Assembly: GCA_964247055.1 (NCBI GenBank)
Contig: OZ176059.1
Coordinates: forward strand, 2,480,001-2,544,000
Source: Paragordius varius
Taxonomy: Eukaryota > Animalia > Nematomorpha
Direction: 5' to 3'
Length of the DNA stretch: 64,000 nt
The notes beneath the pieces were generated by a model that did not search any database, was not told the origin of the DNA, and was given only the letters and a program-made list of their open reading frames with translations. Positions 13,882 to 27,503 of this stretch are shown piece after piece. Each line of letters opens with the position of its first letter. Positions within the stretch are counted from its first letter, which is position 1. The position numbers and the translations under genes are program-made.

Positions 13882-16800
13882 TTTTAATTTTATATTTATT
13901 TTGACATTTAACAAATAAGTATGAAATTTTTAATTTTAGATAATTTTTTCAGCTGGTGCTTTGTTGAATTCATATTGGCTCATGTGTTTTGGACGATTCG
14001 TTTTTGGGTAAATATATGATTTTACAGTAGCGTATGGCATAAAACAATATTAGTCCATAAAATAATATAAAAAATGTTTTTATTTAAAAAAACATGAGGA
14101 TATTATGGATATGTGTATATGTGCAAACAACTAGACTTGTTTTTTTAATCTTTTATGGACTAATAATGTTTTATGCCATACGCTACTGTATTTTTATATA
14201 TAACAAAATTTTATTTTAAAATATTTTTTAATGAATTATATTTTATTGAGAGTTATTAATACAGTAATATATGGTTTAAATCTTCTAATTGGTATAATTT
14301 AAAAAAACATTTTTCATACTTTAGCAATTATATTTATTTTGCTATTTTATATAAACAAAATTAAAAACTATACATTACTGCATATTTATAAGGCTTTTGA
14401 ATGCCGCAAAAAAGTTAATATTTTTAATTGGACATCTGTCTTTTTTGTCATTTGAAATTTTTAATTCATTTGGTATTTAGCGTAGCATATGGTATATAAA
14501 TTAGTTGGTTTCACAATGAATAAAAAAAGGAATGTTAAAGTATAGAGAAGAAATGTTAAATTATGACATTTTGTCATAATAAAGTATACGCAAATGTATG
14601 TCAAATCATATTATGATAGAATTTAATTTTAACGTAAATATATTTAGTTTTAATAATATTTAGTAGAATAATTTCTATTTAATTATATAACATTATTAGA
14701 AAAAAAAGCTTTTTTTTGAACAATTTTGATTAACTGTAAAATCAAACTCAGAGCTATAACCGGTTATAACTGTAAATAATTAAGTTATAAGACTAAACGT
14801 AAAAATTACATTCTTTTAATTTTTCCGGTTAATAGTTATAACTTATCGATTTGGGTTGCGAAATAGGGAAACCAAAAATAAAAATGTATATGATTACATC
14901 ACGCTTAATTACAGTAAATATTGAAATTATACGGACAAAACGTGAAATATAAAGACAAATTTTTTCAAAAAGACAACCATACTTTTTTAATCTTGTTATT
15001 TTGTAATATTGTTTCAAACTACAAATTATAATATGGAAATTTAAATTGACACAATCAGTATGTATTTTATTGTTTCTTCATATGATAAATTAAGGTTTAA
15101 AAAAGTGTGGTGTCTTTTGAAAAAAAATTTGTCCTTATATTTTCTTATTGTCCGTATAATTACAATTGTAAATGATATATATATATATATATATAATTTT
15201 ATCGTTGATTAAAAATAAGAAAAGAATTGTAAATTGGTAATTATTATTTCGCAATTTTCATATCCATATAGTTTATGTATAAATAAAATTTAATAAAGTA
15301 TGAAAAAAGATGTATCTCTTTTAGTATGCATTGCCTTCAAAATTTTACAATAAATTGAATTATACGGGGACAAAATGTAAAATTATAAAGACAAAATTAT
15401 TTTTTCAAAAGACAACCCCATACTTTTTTAAACCTTAATTTATCCTATGGAAAATATTTAATCAATATTGTAAATATATAATTGATTGTGTTACTACCAA
15501 TTTACATTTCTATATTATATACTCTTTGTAACTTAAAACAAGATAAGTTATATTTTAAAAAAATTAAGACTAAGGATGGTTATTTTTTTAAAAAAAAATG
15601 ATTGTCTTTATATTTTTTACAATTTGTCCATAGTATAATTATAATTTTTACTGTATAATTTACTCTTAATTTTAAAATAAACTTTTTCAATTATTTTTAA
15701 ATGATATAAACTATTTTTGTAGTAATATACCATGTTCAAATTCACCCTTGAACAATTCAAATTCACCCTTGAGCAATTCAAATTCACCCTTGAACAATTC
15801 AAATTCACACTAAAAATAAATTATGTGTTTTCGAACCATAACTCATTATTAATATAAAATATGTCTTTATGGCATAATTTATTATTTTTTCAGTTTATTA
15901 TTTTAATTTTAAACAAAATTTTATTTTTTAAAAATATATAAGAATATAGGTAATTTTTAATCTTAAATAACATATAATTTATTTGAGGGTGAATTTGAAT
16001 TGTTCAAGGGTGAATTTGAATTGTTTGAGGGTGAATTTGAATTGTTCGAGGGTGAATTCGAACTATTTTTATAGTAATATTTTTCAATATAATATATATA
16101 TAGAGTTGGTGGTGAATCTTTAGCAGTTGCACAAAATTTTTTTGCCATCCTATGGTTCAAAGGGAAAGAAATTAATTTGGTTTTTGGATTACAACTTAGT
16201 GTTAGTCGATTGGTATATAAATACAGTTATTTTTCATATATATAATATAGAAAATTTATAAAAAAATTTAAATTCAATATAAATTAAATTTATTTATATT
16301 ATAATTTGAAATTACAAACAACTTTTTACAAAACTATACACTGTATAAATCCATTTACATCGAATTCACCTTTGAACAATTCGAATTCACCCTAAATATA
16401 TGTTTTTTTAAGATCAAAAATTATCTACTATATTTTTATATATTTTCAAAAAATGAAAATTTTGTTAATTAAAATAATAGTGAAAACATAATAAACTATG
16501 CCATAAAGATATATTTCATATTAATTAATAATGAGATATATCATTTGGAACACACATAATTAATTTTTAGGGTAAATTTGAATTGTTCAAGGGTGAATTC
16601 GAAAATTTGAATTGTTCAAGGGTTAATTTAAAGAACAACTGTATGGTATAAATTATTTTATATATATTAAATTGAATATTATCTCATTACATATTTAGGG
16701 TAGTACAGTTAGTTTCAATGCCCTTGTACCAATATATATGGCCTTTCAAAAGTATTTGAAAAAGAATTTATGCCTGGGTGCCACATTTATGTTGGGTAAC

Positions 16801-19029
16801 TTTTTTTACCTGTATAATAATTATAACTTTAATATATTTTATATTACTTGAATGTATTTAGCATGAACTTCTTTTTTATACAATGTTTTAAAAGTCTTAT
16901 TTAAAATTTCCAATGAATTTGAATTGGAAAAAAAGATTAAATCTAATTAAATAATGATTTGTGCCTTATAAGTTTAAAAAAATAGGTGGAGTTGTATATA
17001 ATTGAAAAAATATATTGTTGTCATTGAAAAACACCAATTTTTTTAACCAAAAAAAAGTTATTTAATAGAATTTTAATGTTGCATTTGAACCGCCATAAAA
17101 CTTTATTTTTGAATCCTGTATTAACTTTAAACCTTAAATTCAATAAATTGAGAATATAAAAAAATATAGTTTATAAAATTAACTAAAAATGACGGTTTAA
17201 GTAGCTAATATAAAAGTTACATTTTATATTTTACTCCAAATTATACGTGTATTAATGTGTAAAATCAACTATATAATATTAGTTTTTTTAAACTAAAGCA
17301 CCAATAAAGCAAAGAACATAAAAAACAAGAAAAAAAACGAAAAGATAACTAACTATATTAAGACAATATATATCTTTGCTGTTGTATATACCTGCCATCT
17401 GACAATAATTATAAATTAAAAATTAGAATATATATATATATATATATATAGAAAATATAAAAAATTTCAAAAAATTTTAAAAAATGACATACAGCCATAC
17501 TTTTTAAACCTTGATATTAACATTATAAAACTGGGTATAGCCCTTAATTATAAAATTCAAAATTGTAATTATTTAGTGTTTCTAAATTTTAAAAAGTATG
17601 GTTTACCAAATATAATTTTTTTTTATTTTTAACACTTCGTAGGTATAATTATATTTTTTATTGTAATGAAAAATTAGCAAAATTAATTTTAACACGTACC
17701 ATATATATTTCTTATCTATAGTATCCCTCACCTGTCTTATGTCATTTATTTGTGCTTGTATACTCATATATATGGATTTACGTGCTGAACGCATTCGTAG
17801 AAATGATAAAACTAAAGTTCAAAATAGATGTACAAAAAATTTGTCTGAAATTTCAAATTTTCCCAATCAAACTTCAAAAACAACAAGCAATGACTTGCAT
17901 TTTAATAACGGAAAGATGAATAATTCGTTAGTTATCGAATCTAATTTGAATCAAATTTATAATGTAAATGAAAATAATGATCTCAAAAAGTCAAATTTTG
18001 TCCACCCCAAAAATATTTATGAAAACAATAATAATAATTCAACTGTTTTAAACCATCCAGAACTTTGTCCGACCCCTACAACCAAAAATAATGAGGAGGG
18101 AAGAGGTAGTAATAAAACATTTAATTTGACTTTAAATTTTTTTGTCCTTAACGATTTATAACAATTTAATAACTTTTTGAAGATTGTGTTTTTTTAAAAA
18201 AAAATTTCCAACATTGTATGTGTATATTTAATGTCTGTTTTTTTTTATCAGAGATTTTTTAAAGTTAAAAATTATAATATAAAACTTAACTCATCTTTTA
18301 TTCTTTAATAAAATTCAGCAGTGACATTAAACATTGACTAATGTATATCGATTTTCCGATAAAAATTTTATAGGTTTATTTTATTACTTTTAATATTGAT
18401 ATTTGGGTTGGAGATAAATAGTTTTTTTTCTTATTGGATTTCTCAGTTTTTAAATTTTTTTTTCGAGTACACACTTAGCTTAGCTTATAAGTGTCGTCGT
18501 TAAATAAGTAGTTAGCTTAATTTATGATATACCATTTACAATTCAAATTTACTCTTGAACAATTCAAATTCACCCTAAAAATAAATTATGTATTTTCATG
18601 CTAATATAACTCGTCATAAATAAGAAATATATTCTTATGGCATAAATTAGTATTTTCAGTATTATCTTAATTTTAATTGAAATTTTATTTTTTTAAAAAT
18701 GTAAAAAATATAGGCAATTTTTAATTTTATTTTGAAGTGAATTTGAATTGTTCGAGGGTAAATTTGAATTGAAGGGTGAATTCGTTGTTTCAAGGTGAAT
18801 TTGAACTGTAAATGGTATATTAGAAATGTTTTGAAAGTTTTGTTATAAAAAAGTATTATTGTTAGAATAAAAAAATTTTCAAAATAAATTTGAAAAAATT
18901 TACCTTATTTATGCAACGTTTCTCGCCGCATACAGTAACATATGACATTCAATCACTAAAGTTTATAATTAAACCAAGCATTCCCCCCTATAATTTACTA
19001 TTTATTGATTAATTCATTTCTTAACCTAA

Positions 19030-19098
<69 letters not shown>

Positions 19099-22000
19099 GT
19101 TAACGTAACTTTTATCAATAGAAATTAATACTCAATTTTCACCTTGTCACTCCTCTACTCTACAAGAAACTCCTGACAATCACGATGGATCAATAATTAA
19201 TACCATGAATTATATGGAAAATAGTAACAAAGATATACCCACAAATTCAGAATCTTCTAATTATTGTAATAATGATAAAACGACGACAGAAAAACCAATC
19301 TCTATACGAGATATCCAACATTTCCCATGTAGTGTTTGGTTAATTAACATCGTTTGTGTTACATATTACATTGCACTCTTTACATTCATAGGGCTGGGTA
19401 TACCATTCTTTCAAAGCAAATATGAACTAAGTCTAACTCGAGCAAGCGTTGTCAATAGTATACCCTACTTAGTAAGTGCTTTTATGTCCCCTCTCTTGGG
19501 CTGTATAGTTGATCGTTACGGGCGGAATTTGACATGGATTGCATTTTCATTTGTTAGCGCTATTGCGTCTCATGCTATGTTAGCCTTTGGCCCATCTAAT
19601 TTTAATGGTTTAACTTTACTTTTACTTTTGAATTTTTTATGATTTTTAACTTAACTCAAGTTTTTTTGAGGTTTTTAAGATTACTTAACTACTTTTGAGA
19701 ATTTTAAGATTTTTAACTTAACTATGCGTATTTTTGAGTTTTTTATGACTTTTTGTTAACTTAACTATGCGTTTTTTTTAGTTTTTTAACGGGAATATAT
19801 ATATATATATATATATAGAGTAATATTTTGATAATTTTAAGATTTTTAACTAAACTACTTTTGAGTTTTTTAACTAAACTACTTTTGAGTTTTTTAACTT
19901 TACTAATTTTGATTTATAGAGTGTGTATAAATACCATTTACAGTTCGAATTCACCCTTTAACAATTCGAATTCACCCTAAAAATTAATTATGTGTTTTTG
20001 AACTAATATAACTCATTATTAATATGAAATGAATCATTATGGCATAGTTTATTTTAATATAACATTAATTTAAAACATAATTATTTTTCAAAATCATATA
20101 AAAATATAGGTAAATTTTAATCTTAAAAAACATATAATTTGTTTGAGGATGAATTTTAATTTATTTGAGGATAAATATGAATTGGTCAAGGGTAAATTTG
20201 AATTATTTAAGGGTGAACAGATATACAGATATGACACTCGGAACATTCCAAATAGTTTTAGTACAGAAACCAAAGATAGATTAGAAAGATTGGACAATGG
20301 ATGTAGCTCAGAACAATTATGGGGAACGATAAAAAATGTTGTTAATGAAGTGGCAAAAGAAAAAGTGCAGAGAGTAAAGAGGAAAGATAACAAATGGATA
20401 TCAGAAAAGAGTATAGAGATAGCAGAAAAGAGGAGAAAAGCTAAATCAAGAGGTGATAATAAAATGGTAAAATCCTATAACAAAGAATTTCAACGACAAA
20501 CAAGGAAGGATTACGAAGATTTTCTTAATAAACAATGTCTGGAAGTGGAATTAAATAACAAAAAAGGATTAATGCAACCAATGTTCCAGAAACTGAAGCA
20601 AATGACTCATAAACCTTTTATATCATCACAAAAGATTAAAAAAGAGAATGGCACCATAGTGTGCAAACAAACAGAAGTACGAGAAAGATGGAAGGAATAC
20701 ACCCAAAAACTCTATCAGGCTCCTCAAACAAAGGTGTTGCAATTAAAAGAAGAAGAACGTGATCCAGATATATTAAGAGAGGAGGTTGAATTAGCCTTAA
20801 GACAAATTCCTAACAACAAAGCGATGGGATTAGACAATATCCCAATAGAGTTCATAAAAGCTATTCCCGTTGAAAAGTTACACCAGTTATGTCAAAAGGT
20901 GTGGGAAACATGTGAGTGGCCAAACGATTGGGCATCATCTGTATATCTCCCAATATATAAAAAAGGAGATGTACTTCAATGCGAGAATTATCGGAACATA
21001 TCTCTTATTAGCCACGCTAGTAAGGTCTTACTAAAAGTAATACAAAACAGAATGCACAGTATCATACAGACAGAAATACCAGAAAATCAAGCCGGATTTA
21101 TGAAGGGAAAAAGCACAAGAGACCTTATCTCAAACATGAGAAGGATAATGGAAACATCAAAAGAGTTCCAGAAAGAATTATACATGTGTTTTATTGATTA
21201 CAGACAAGCATTCGATTCAATTAACTATGACTCCTTGTGGGAAACATTAAAGTTAGTAGGGGTATCGTCTCACTTAATAAGATTGATTAGCTCTCTGTAT
21301 GTAAAACAAAGAGCGATTATTAGAACACCAGCGGGGGACACAGACGAAATACCAATCTTGAAAGGAGTCAGACAAGGGTGTTGCTTATCCCCTTATCTGT
21401 TCAATATGTGCACAGAAATGATAATGAGGAAGTTGGATGGTAAAAATATAGGAGTAAGAATAGGAGGGAGAACAATCAATAATTTAAGGTTTGCAGACGA
21501 TACCACTCTTATAGCTGAAAGTGCAAATGATTTGAAGGAATTGATTGAAGAGATTCGAAAGGAAAGTTTGAGGTATGGTCTTAGGCTTAATCCTAACAAA
21601 ACCAAAATATTATGTACAGGAAAAAAGCCTACAATTATAATAGAAGGAGTAGAAATAGAAATAGTTAAACAGTTAACGTTTTTGGGCGCAATAATTTCAG
21701 AGGATGGGTCTTCAACTCCTGACATCAGAAAGAGAATAGGATTGGGTAGAGAAGCGATGACCAAATTAATAAAGATTTGGAAAAACAAAAGCGTAGGAGT
21801 TGAAACCAAAAAAAGATTACTCTACTGTTTCGTTCTCCCGGTCACCACATATGGATGTGAGAGTTGGACCCTCAAAAAAAGGGACAAAGAAAGGCTCATG
21901 GCTTTTGAAAGGAGCTGCTGGCGTAGGATGCTAGGATACACCTGGAAGGATAAAATTAAGAATGAAAGTCTAACTACAGAAATAAAACCTAAAACAAACA

Positions 22001-23290
22001 TCATGGAGATAATTCTAAAAAGAAAGTTAACATATTTTGGTCATGTCATGCGATCGAATTCTCTGGAGAAAGATACAATGTTTGGGAAGGTAGAATGGCA
22101 AAGGAAACGAGGCCGACCACCGATGAGGTGGTTGGATATGATAAAAGAAGAGACCAAAATGACACTGAAAGAGCTCAATATAGCGGTTAAAGATAGAAAA
22201 AAATGGAAAGAAATAGTTAAAACTATATCCAAAAAGTCGTTTACGACTTAGGAAAAACCAACCAACCAAGGGTGAATTTGAATTGTACTTGGTATGTATA
22301 TAGAGTAATTATTTTGGTGAAAAAATGAGGTATATATGTGTAAAATATTAAGTTTTTTTGATAATTATGTTGAAAGTTTAGTTAAATTAATATTTTTTCG
22401 CAAGTTTAAATGTCTATATCTGTCGTCAATTTATGCATCTATTTATAATTCTAACTCTCTTAAATACAACAGTCTACTTTTTAAACTGTGGGCGGCATTA
22501 TAGCATTTAAAAAGGTAACTCAAGTAGTTTATGTAAAAAAAATTAAGGTTTGAAAAACTTTTATAGGAAAAAAAAAACATTTGTCTTTATATTTTTATTA
22601 CGACGTTTTGTCCATAGTATTATAATTTCAATTTTTACTTTATGAGATTAATTTCCAATTTAAATAATTTTTTATCAAATCTATATATAAATCTTATATT
22701 TTATTTTACATTTTATATTAATTCATAGTTTGGTTTCCACCAGCTAAAAACGACAATAATCCTTTACTATCGGACAATTTAAATGTTAAAAACAAAAACC
22801 CATTTCTTATTCAAAAAAGTGATTCAACATTTTGGAGTAATCCTTCATACCTGTGTGTAACGTTACTTGGTTTCAGTTATAGCGCATTAGCATCAGCCCT
22901 GTGGCCTCTTGTGAGTTATGAAGTTCCCTTAACCCAATTGGGGACGGCATATGGATTGTAAGAGTTTTTTGATTTTATATTTATTCGTTTTTTGCAGTTT
23001 TTTGAGACTTTTTTAATTATTTAAAGTAACTATAGTTTTTTGTTTGAATTAACTAAATATAGAGTTTTTTACGTAACTTGGATATTTATGAACGCATAAG
23101 TGTAAATTTTTAGAGTAAGCTTAACTATTTTGAGTATTAAATGTTTTTTGAAATTATTTAAGCTACAAATTTTAGTAATGATGATAAGTAGGTTAAGGTA
23201 AACAACAGTTGAATGACCGTTTTGAAGTAACTAATAGTATTTTGGGTTTTTTATATAATATTGAATACTTAGTGTTAAATTTGATATTCA

Positions 23291-23327
<37 letters not shown>

Positions 23328-26300
23328 TTTAGCATTTTTGTTGAACCTTAAACGCTTTTTAATAAGTTTTGCACCGATTAGAAACAACTATTATTTGAGT
23401 TTTTATCATCCCATGTGTAACTTGGAATTTAATACAATATCGAATATTAGTCGATTGTTATATCTTATATGTACGATTAATAAGATTACCATTTTACATA
23501 TTTACCCTCGAACAATTCAAATTCACCCTAAAAATAAATTTTGTGTTTTTGGGATGATATATATCATTATATCATTTTTACGACATAGTTTATTATTTTT
23601 TTCAGCCTTATATTAGTTTTATTGGGTAAATATGAATTGTTTCAAGGGTAAAATTAAATTGTTCAAGGGTGAATTTGGACTGTAAATGGTATAACGGTTT
23701 TATAAATTTTACTATATAAGCATTTCTTTACCCATATAAAGTACCACACAATTTTATTTAAAATTTAATAAAACATAATGACAAGTTTTTATGAAAAACT
23801 CATATTTTTTATAAATATATCATTTAGAATGCAAGCGTTTATGAATGCGGGTTTAGCGGCCTTTTCACAAATTGCTGGGGCTTTGGTTGACAATTTTGGA
23901 TACCTGTTTCTCGAAATATTTTTTATGACCCTATTATTTGGTAAAAAAAAATATTTTTATATTTTAATAACTTTTTTTTGCGTAAAAGAGAACCTTTTTT
24001 TGGCTTAAAAGGGAACACACGACTGTACTTTTTTTTAAAAAAAAAATTGTTTTTTACGAATAAACTTGATGATTTTTTTAAATTCCATAAAGATTGTAAT
24101 GTTTAAAATGTAATTTGGTAAAAACACAATGAGTTGTATATGAATGTATTTTACAATCGTAATTCAATAATTTATATAGGAAAAATATGGATTAAAATAA
24201 CAAGTACGTTGTTTTTTCAAAAAAAAATATAGTTTTTATATTTTTGTACATTTTTCTGCATAATTATATTTTTTTACTGTGCCCTTTTTTGTTTAAAAAC
24301 AAAGATTCGTAACAATAAATATATAAAACAGATGTCAATTATATTTTTCTTATATTATATATACATATGAATATATTATCAATTTTTAATTAACTAACTA
24401 CATATTAGAGCGATATAAAAAAATTAATGATCACCTAAAATATGATATTTTTTTATTTGAATTTTTGCAATTTTAAAAATATGTAAAAAAATTTTATTGT
24501 ATTATCTTTATTATTATGTGTACATTAAAGTTGGTTTATTTGCAAACTCATTCCTACAAATGCAAGATAAACTCAAGAATGGTGTTTTGGATGTTAGCCC
24601 TTCTCAAAGAGAAAAGTATATTTTTTACTTTTTATGCTCTATAAAAGCGACATTTTTTTGGTTTTAGTATATTTTTTATAAAATAAATTATACCATTTAC
24701 ACTTCAAATTTGACCCTTGAACAATTTAAATTCACCCTTGAACAATTCGAATTCAAATTCACCCACCCTAAAATAAATTATGTGTTTTATAAGATTAAAT
24801 ATTATTTATATTTTTTTAGATCTAAAAAATGACTTTTAGTTTATAATTAAAATAATTGCTGAAAAAATATTATAAACTATGCCATAAGAATATATTTTTT
24901 AATATAAATGAGTTATATTAGTTGCCCGAAAACACATAATTTGAATTGTTCAAGGGTGAATTTGAATTGTATATTTTTTTGAAAATATAATATATTTTTT
25001 TTCTAATGAAACATTATTTAGATACTATATTGTCACTCATTTTTTAAAGTTAAAAAATATTGTACTCTTGCACGAAATATTATGTTAATTTCTAAATTTT
25101 TTTAAATTAAATGCAGAAAAAAATTTTTTTTTATAAATGATAAATTAATATACAGAATTTTATTGCAAAGAAAAACGCTCCTTACTCAAAAAACAAGCAT
25201 CAAAGGAAGTGACCATCTCAGCACTCAAGTTGATATATATATATATATAAATATATTTATTCTATTTTTAAGCTTTTATATTTCCATATATATTACCTCT
25301 ATATTCTAATTTGTAAGGAAAAGGCAATCAGTGTATATAACGATTTAAATGGAGATTTTTTATTATTCAAAAATAGGAGAACTCTTTCTTTCTTTGACTA
25401 GCATAAGCCGTTAATTTAGGGGTGGGTGCCCACTTGTGCATATATACCATTTATAGTTCAAATTTACCCTCGAACAATTTAAATTTACTCTCGAACAATT
25501 CAAGTTCACCCTCAAATAAATTATTGTTGTGTTTTTTAAGATTAAAAATTATCTATTTTTTATATTTTTAAAAAAAATTTCCTTCAAAATTAATATGATA
25601 CTATAAAAATAATAAACTATGCCATAAGAATAAAATTCATATATTTATGATAAGTTAAATTAGCCCGAATACACATATTTATCTTTAGAAGGGAATTTGA
25701 ATTAAGGGTGATTTCGAAGTCTAAATGGTATACAAATTATAATTTACATACCAATATATATATATATATATATATGTATATATGAGTTTTACTTAGACTT
25801 TAAAGAAGTTTCATCACTATCGCAGACTTTGACATTTATATTAATCTTTACGCTTTATTTATTATATATTCTATATCCTATTTGTGAATAATATAAAATA
25901 GAATTCCGAACATGATCCTTTATTGTCAGAATGCGAAAACTCAAATATTTTAACAAGAGAAAATGGAATTGATATGATGGAAGAAAAGACACCAGCTTTA
26001 TATCCCCGTTCCTCATTTTACCTGAGAAATCGATATTTAAGTCGTATCGGTGCTCAGGTTTTTTATTTTCCCTTAATATCAACATTATAATTATGGATTA
26101 TATTTGGAGTTTGTCAGAAATTTTGAATTTTGATTAAAATAACCATCACAACTTTCATAAAAACCATAAAACATTGGGGGGGGGGAACCTTTTTTTATTG
26201 GTGCAATTTTGGGGGGGGAAAAAAACCAACCAAAGGAAAAAACGCGCATATTTAATTGAATTTTAACTTTGATGTTGCACAATAGTTATTTATTTATATA

Positions 26301-27503
26301 TATTTAATTCAATAAATTTTATGTCTGGTAATCAATTAATTGAACAGTAAAAATTGAGTCAAAAAAATATAAGGACAAAAAGTCGTACTTTTATAAGGAT
26401 TATTTTTTATTAATATAACCTTTCTTTCTTATCTTGCAAACAAAGGTATAAATGTGATGGTATATACTCAATTATAGATTTCACGATTGTTATCACTTAA
26501 GTTTTTTTGTAAAAAAACATTAAGAATTAAAAAGTATGGGGCTGTTTATATATAGTAAAAACAGTTTTTTACAGCAAAAATTAATTATACAGACAAAACT
26601 TGAAATTAAACGACAAATATTTATAAAAAGACCACAAAAATGTTTAATTACAATTTTATAAAGGATTAACTGTGTTAACAATTTCCATCTCTATTACCTA
26701 TTTTGAAACCCAAACTAATTGATTTATATATTTTTAGTTTTTTTTTTCCAAAAAAATATTTGACTCTTAGTTTTTACGTTTTGTCTTTTTTGCTTTAATT
26801 TAGAGGGGCCAAAGTATTATTTTTAACACGTTGACGGACAATTGCGGCTATAGCCGTCAAAGCGAAGTTCACAATGTGGCATGACTGCTATAGCCGTCCA
26901 AAACGAAACGGTCGTTTTTAGACACTACGGCTATAGCAGCACAAATGTGCACTTACTGGCGTATACGTAGAAGCATGCCATGACGGTTATAGCCGCAACC
27001 TAATTAAAGGTACTAAATTAATCAAAATTAAGTTTATTTAAGCAGAAAGAGTAAAACTATACTTCTAAGATTCTAAAAATCACAAAAACATATAGTGTCA
27101 ATTTTCGAACTTCGCTTGTTCCTACTGTCCGTCAACGTGTAAAATAATCGGCAATATACAGTAGTATATGGATAAAAATGAAATAAGTCGTGAAATTAAT
27201 AACACTTTCCCCTATTTTCCCTTATAAATTCATTCATTTAATTATGGACAAAAAACTATTTATATTATAGGCTATTGTATTTTCTCCAAATTTTTGCATT
27301 TTATTGTGTTTATTTAGGTACCAAAGCATGTATTAGCCACATCTTACAGTAAACAAATTTCCGTTATACCTTATCATGGAGGTAGTGTGTATTATTATAA
27401 AATTCCACCATTCATGTCCCCACGTGTTGAATCGACGAGCGATTCTTTTCTCGATTCAGAATCAACACAAAATGAACAAACGATAGTTGAAGAAAGTCCA
27501 TAA
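10644..27503 (+). CDS. MFSD1: Major facilitator superfamily domain-containing protein 1 (lysosomal MFS transporter), 12 exons, about 765 aa
   Basis: join(10644..10902,11194..11402,13940..14007,16104..16212,16699..16795,17722..18105,19122..19607,22729..22957,23828..23940,24531..24615,25156..25228,27318..27503). All introns are GT-AG and the phases close. MFSD1-type motifs: CYDSPAPLQ, YSWYSWPNIILCFFGGYLIDKVFGIR, GRFVFGVGGESLAVAQN, WFKGKEINLVFGLQLS, ALWPLVSYEVP..QLGTAYG, GYLFLEIFF. N-terminal ExxxLL motif (EQSPLL). The last two exons are less certain (weak donor gttgat at 25229). Confidence 0.93.
11762..12341. mobile_element. MITE family B, related to A (21-bp units TTGAACTGTTCAAGGACCAAC); second partial copy at about 5310-5510
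   Basis: Right end has about 6 tandem 21-mers and ends GTGCAAATGG-TA. Left end has the inverted units (GAGTGTCCTTAAACACTTTAAGTTGGTCCTTGAAC). Internal sequence matches 5310-5400. Confidence 0.8.
14025..14188. mobile_element. Hairpin MITE family G (TA-flanked), copy 1
   Basis: TA|CAGTAGCGTATGGCATAAAACA ... TGTTTTATGCCATACGCTACTG|TA. Lies 17 bp downstream of the MFSD1 exon 3 donor. Confidence 0.85.
18530..18817. mobile_element. Representative complete family-A MITE (MFSD1 intron 6)
   Basis: TACCATTTACAATTCAAATT ... AATTTGAACTGTAAATGGTA, flanked by TA. Confidence 0.9.
19035..19095. repeat. (TA)n microsatellite, the longest of many in the window
   Basis: About 30 TA units just upstream of the MFSD1 exon 7 acceptor. 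Others at about 13838, 27800, 28255, 45246, 55948, 57060 and 57665. Confidence 0.95.
19620..19915. repeat. Degenerate T-rich minisatellite at the start of MFSD1 intron 7
   Basis: Recurring TTTTAACTTAACTA / ACTACTTTTGAG motifs at about 25-30 bp spacing. Confidence 0.55.
20218..22267 (+). mobile_element. 5'-truncated non-LTR retrotransposon, RTE/BovB-like LINE, with uninterrupted reverse transcriptase frame (MFSD1 intron 7)
   Basis: ORF to 22251 with RT motifs (PIYKKGD..CENYRNISL, QAGF.KG.ST, CFIDY..AFDS, GVRQGCCLSP.LFN, LRFADD) and an RTE-type C-terminus (LTYFGHVMR, GKV..QRKRGRP..RW.D). The 3' end is GTCGTTTACGACTTAGG..(ACCA)n. A 9-bp direct repeat AAGGGTGAA flanks it at 20209-20217 and 22268-22276. 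No endonuclease domain. Confidence 0.93.
26827..27139. mobile_element. 313-bp piggyBac-like MITE in MFSD1 intron 11
   Basis: 14-bp perfect TIR CACGTTGACGGACA / TGTCCGTCAACGTG, with TTAA on the left and TAAA on the right. Four internal GGCTATAGCCG-like near-palindromic repeats. Markedly GC-richer than its flanks. Confidence 0.8.

Noticed and set aside
15617-16160. Short ORFs with MNLNCSRVNLN / NNSNSP repeats (also 29567, 37862, 43511)
   Set aside because: Translations of family-A terminal repeats.
20143-20217. Treating the 702-aa ORF as a complete LINE protein
   Set aside because: The first 25 codons are MITE sequence outside the TSD and the endonuclease domain is missing.
21393-22269. Minus-strand ORFs 21393..21809, 21822..22004, 22027..22269, 22041..22232
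   Set aside because: Antisense shadows of the LINE RT ORF with no motifs.
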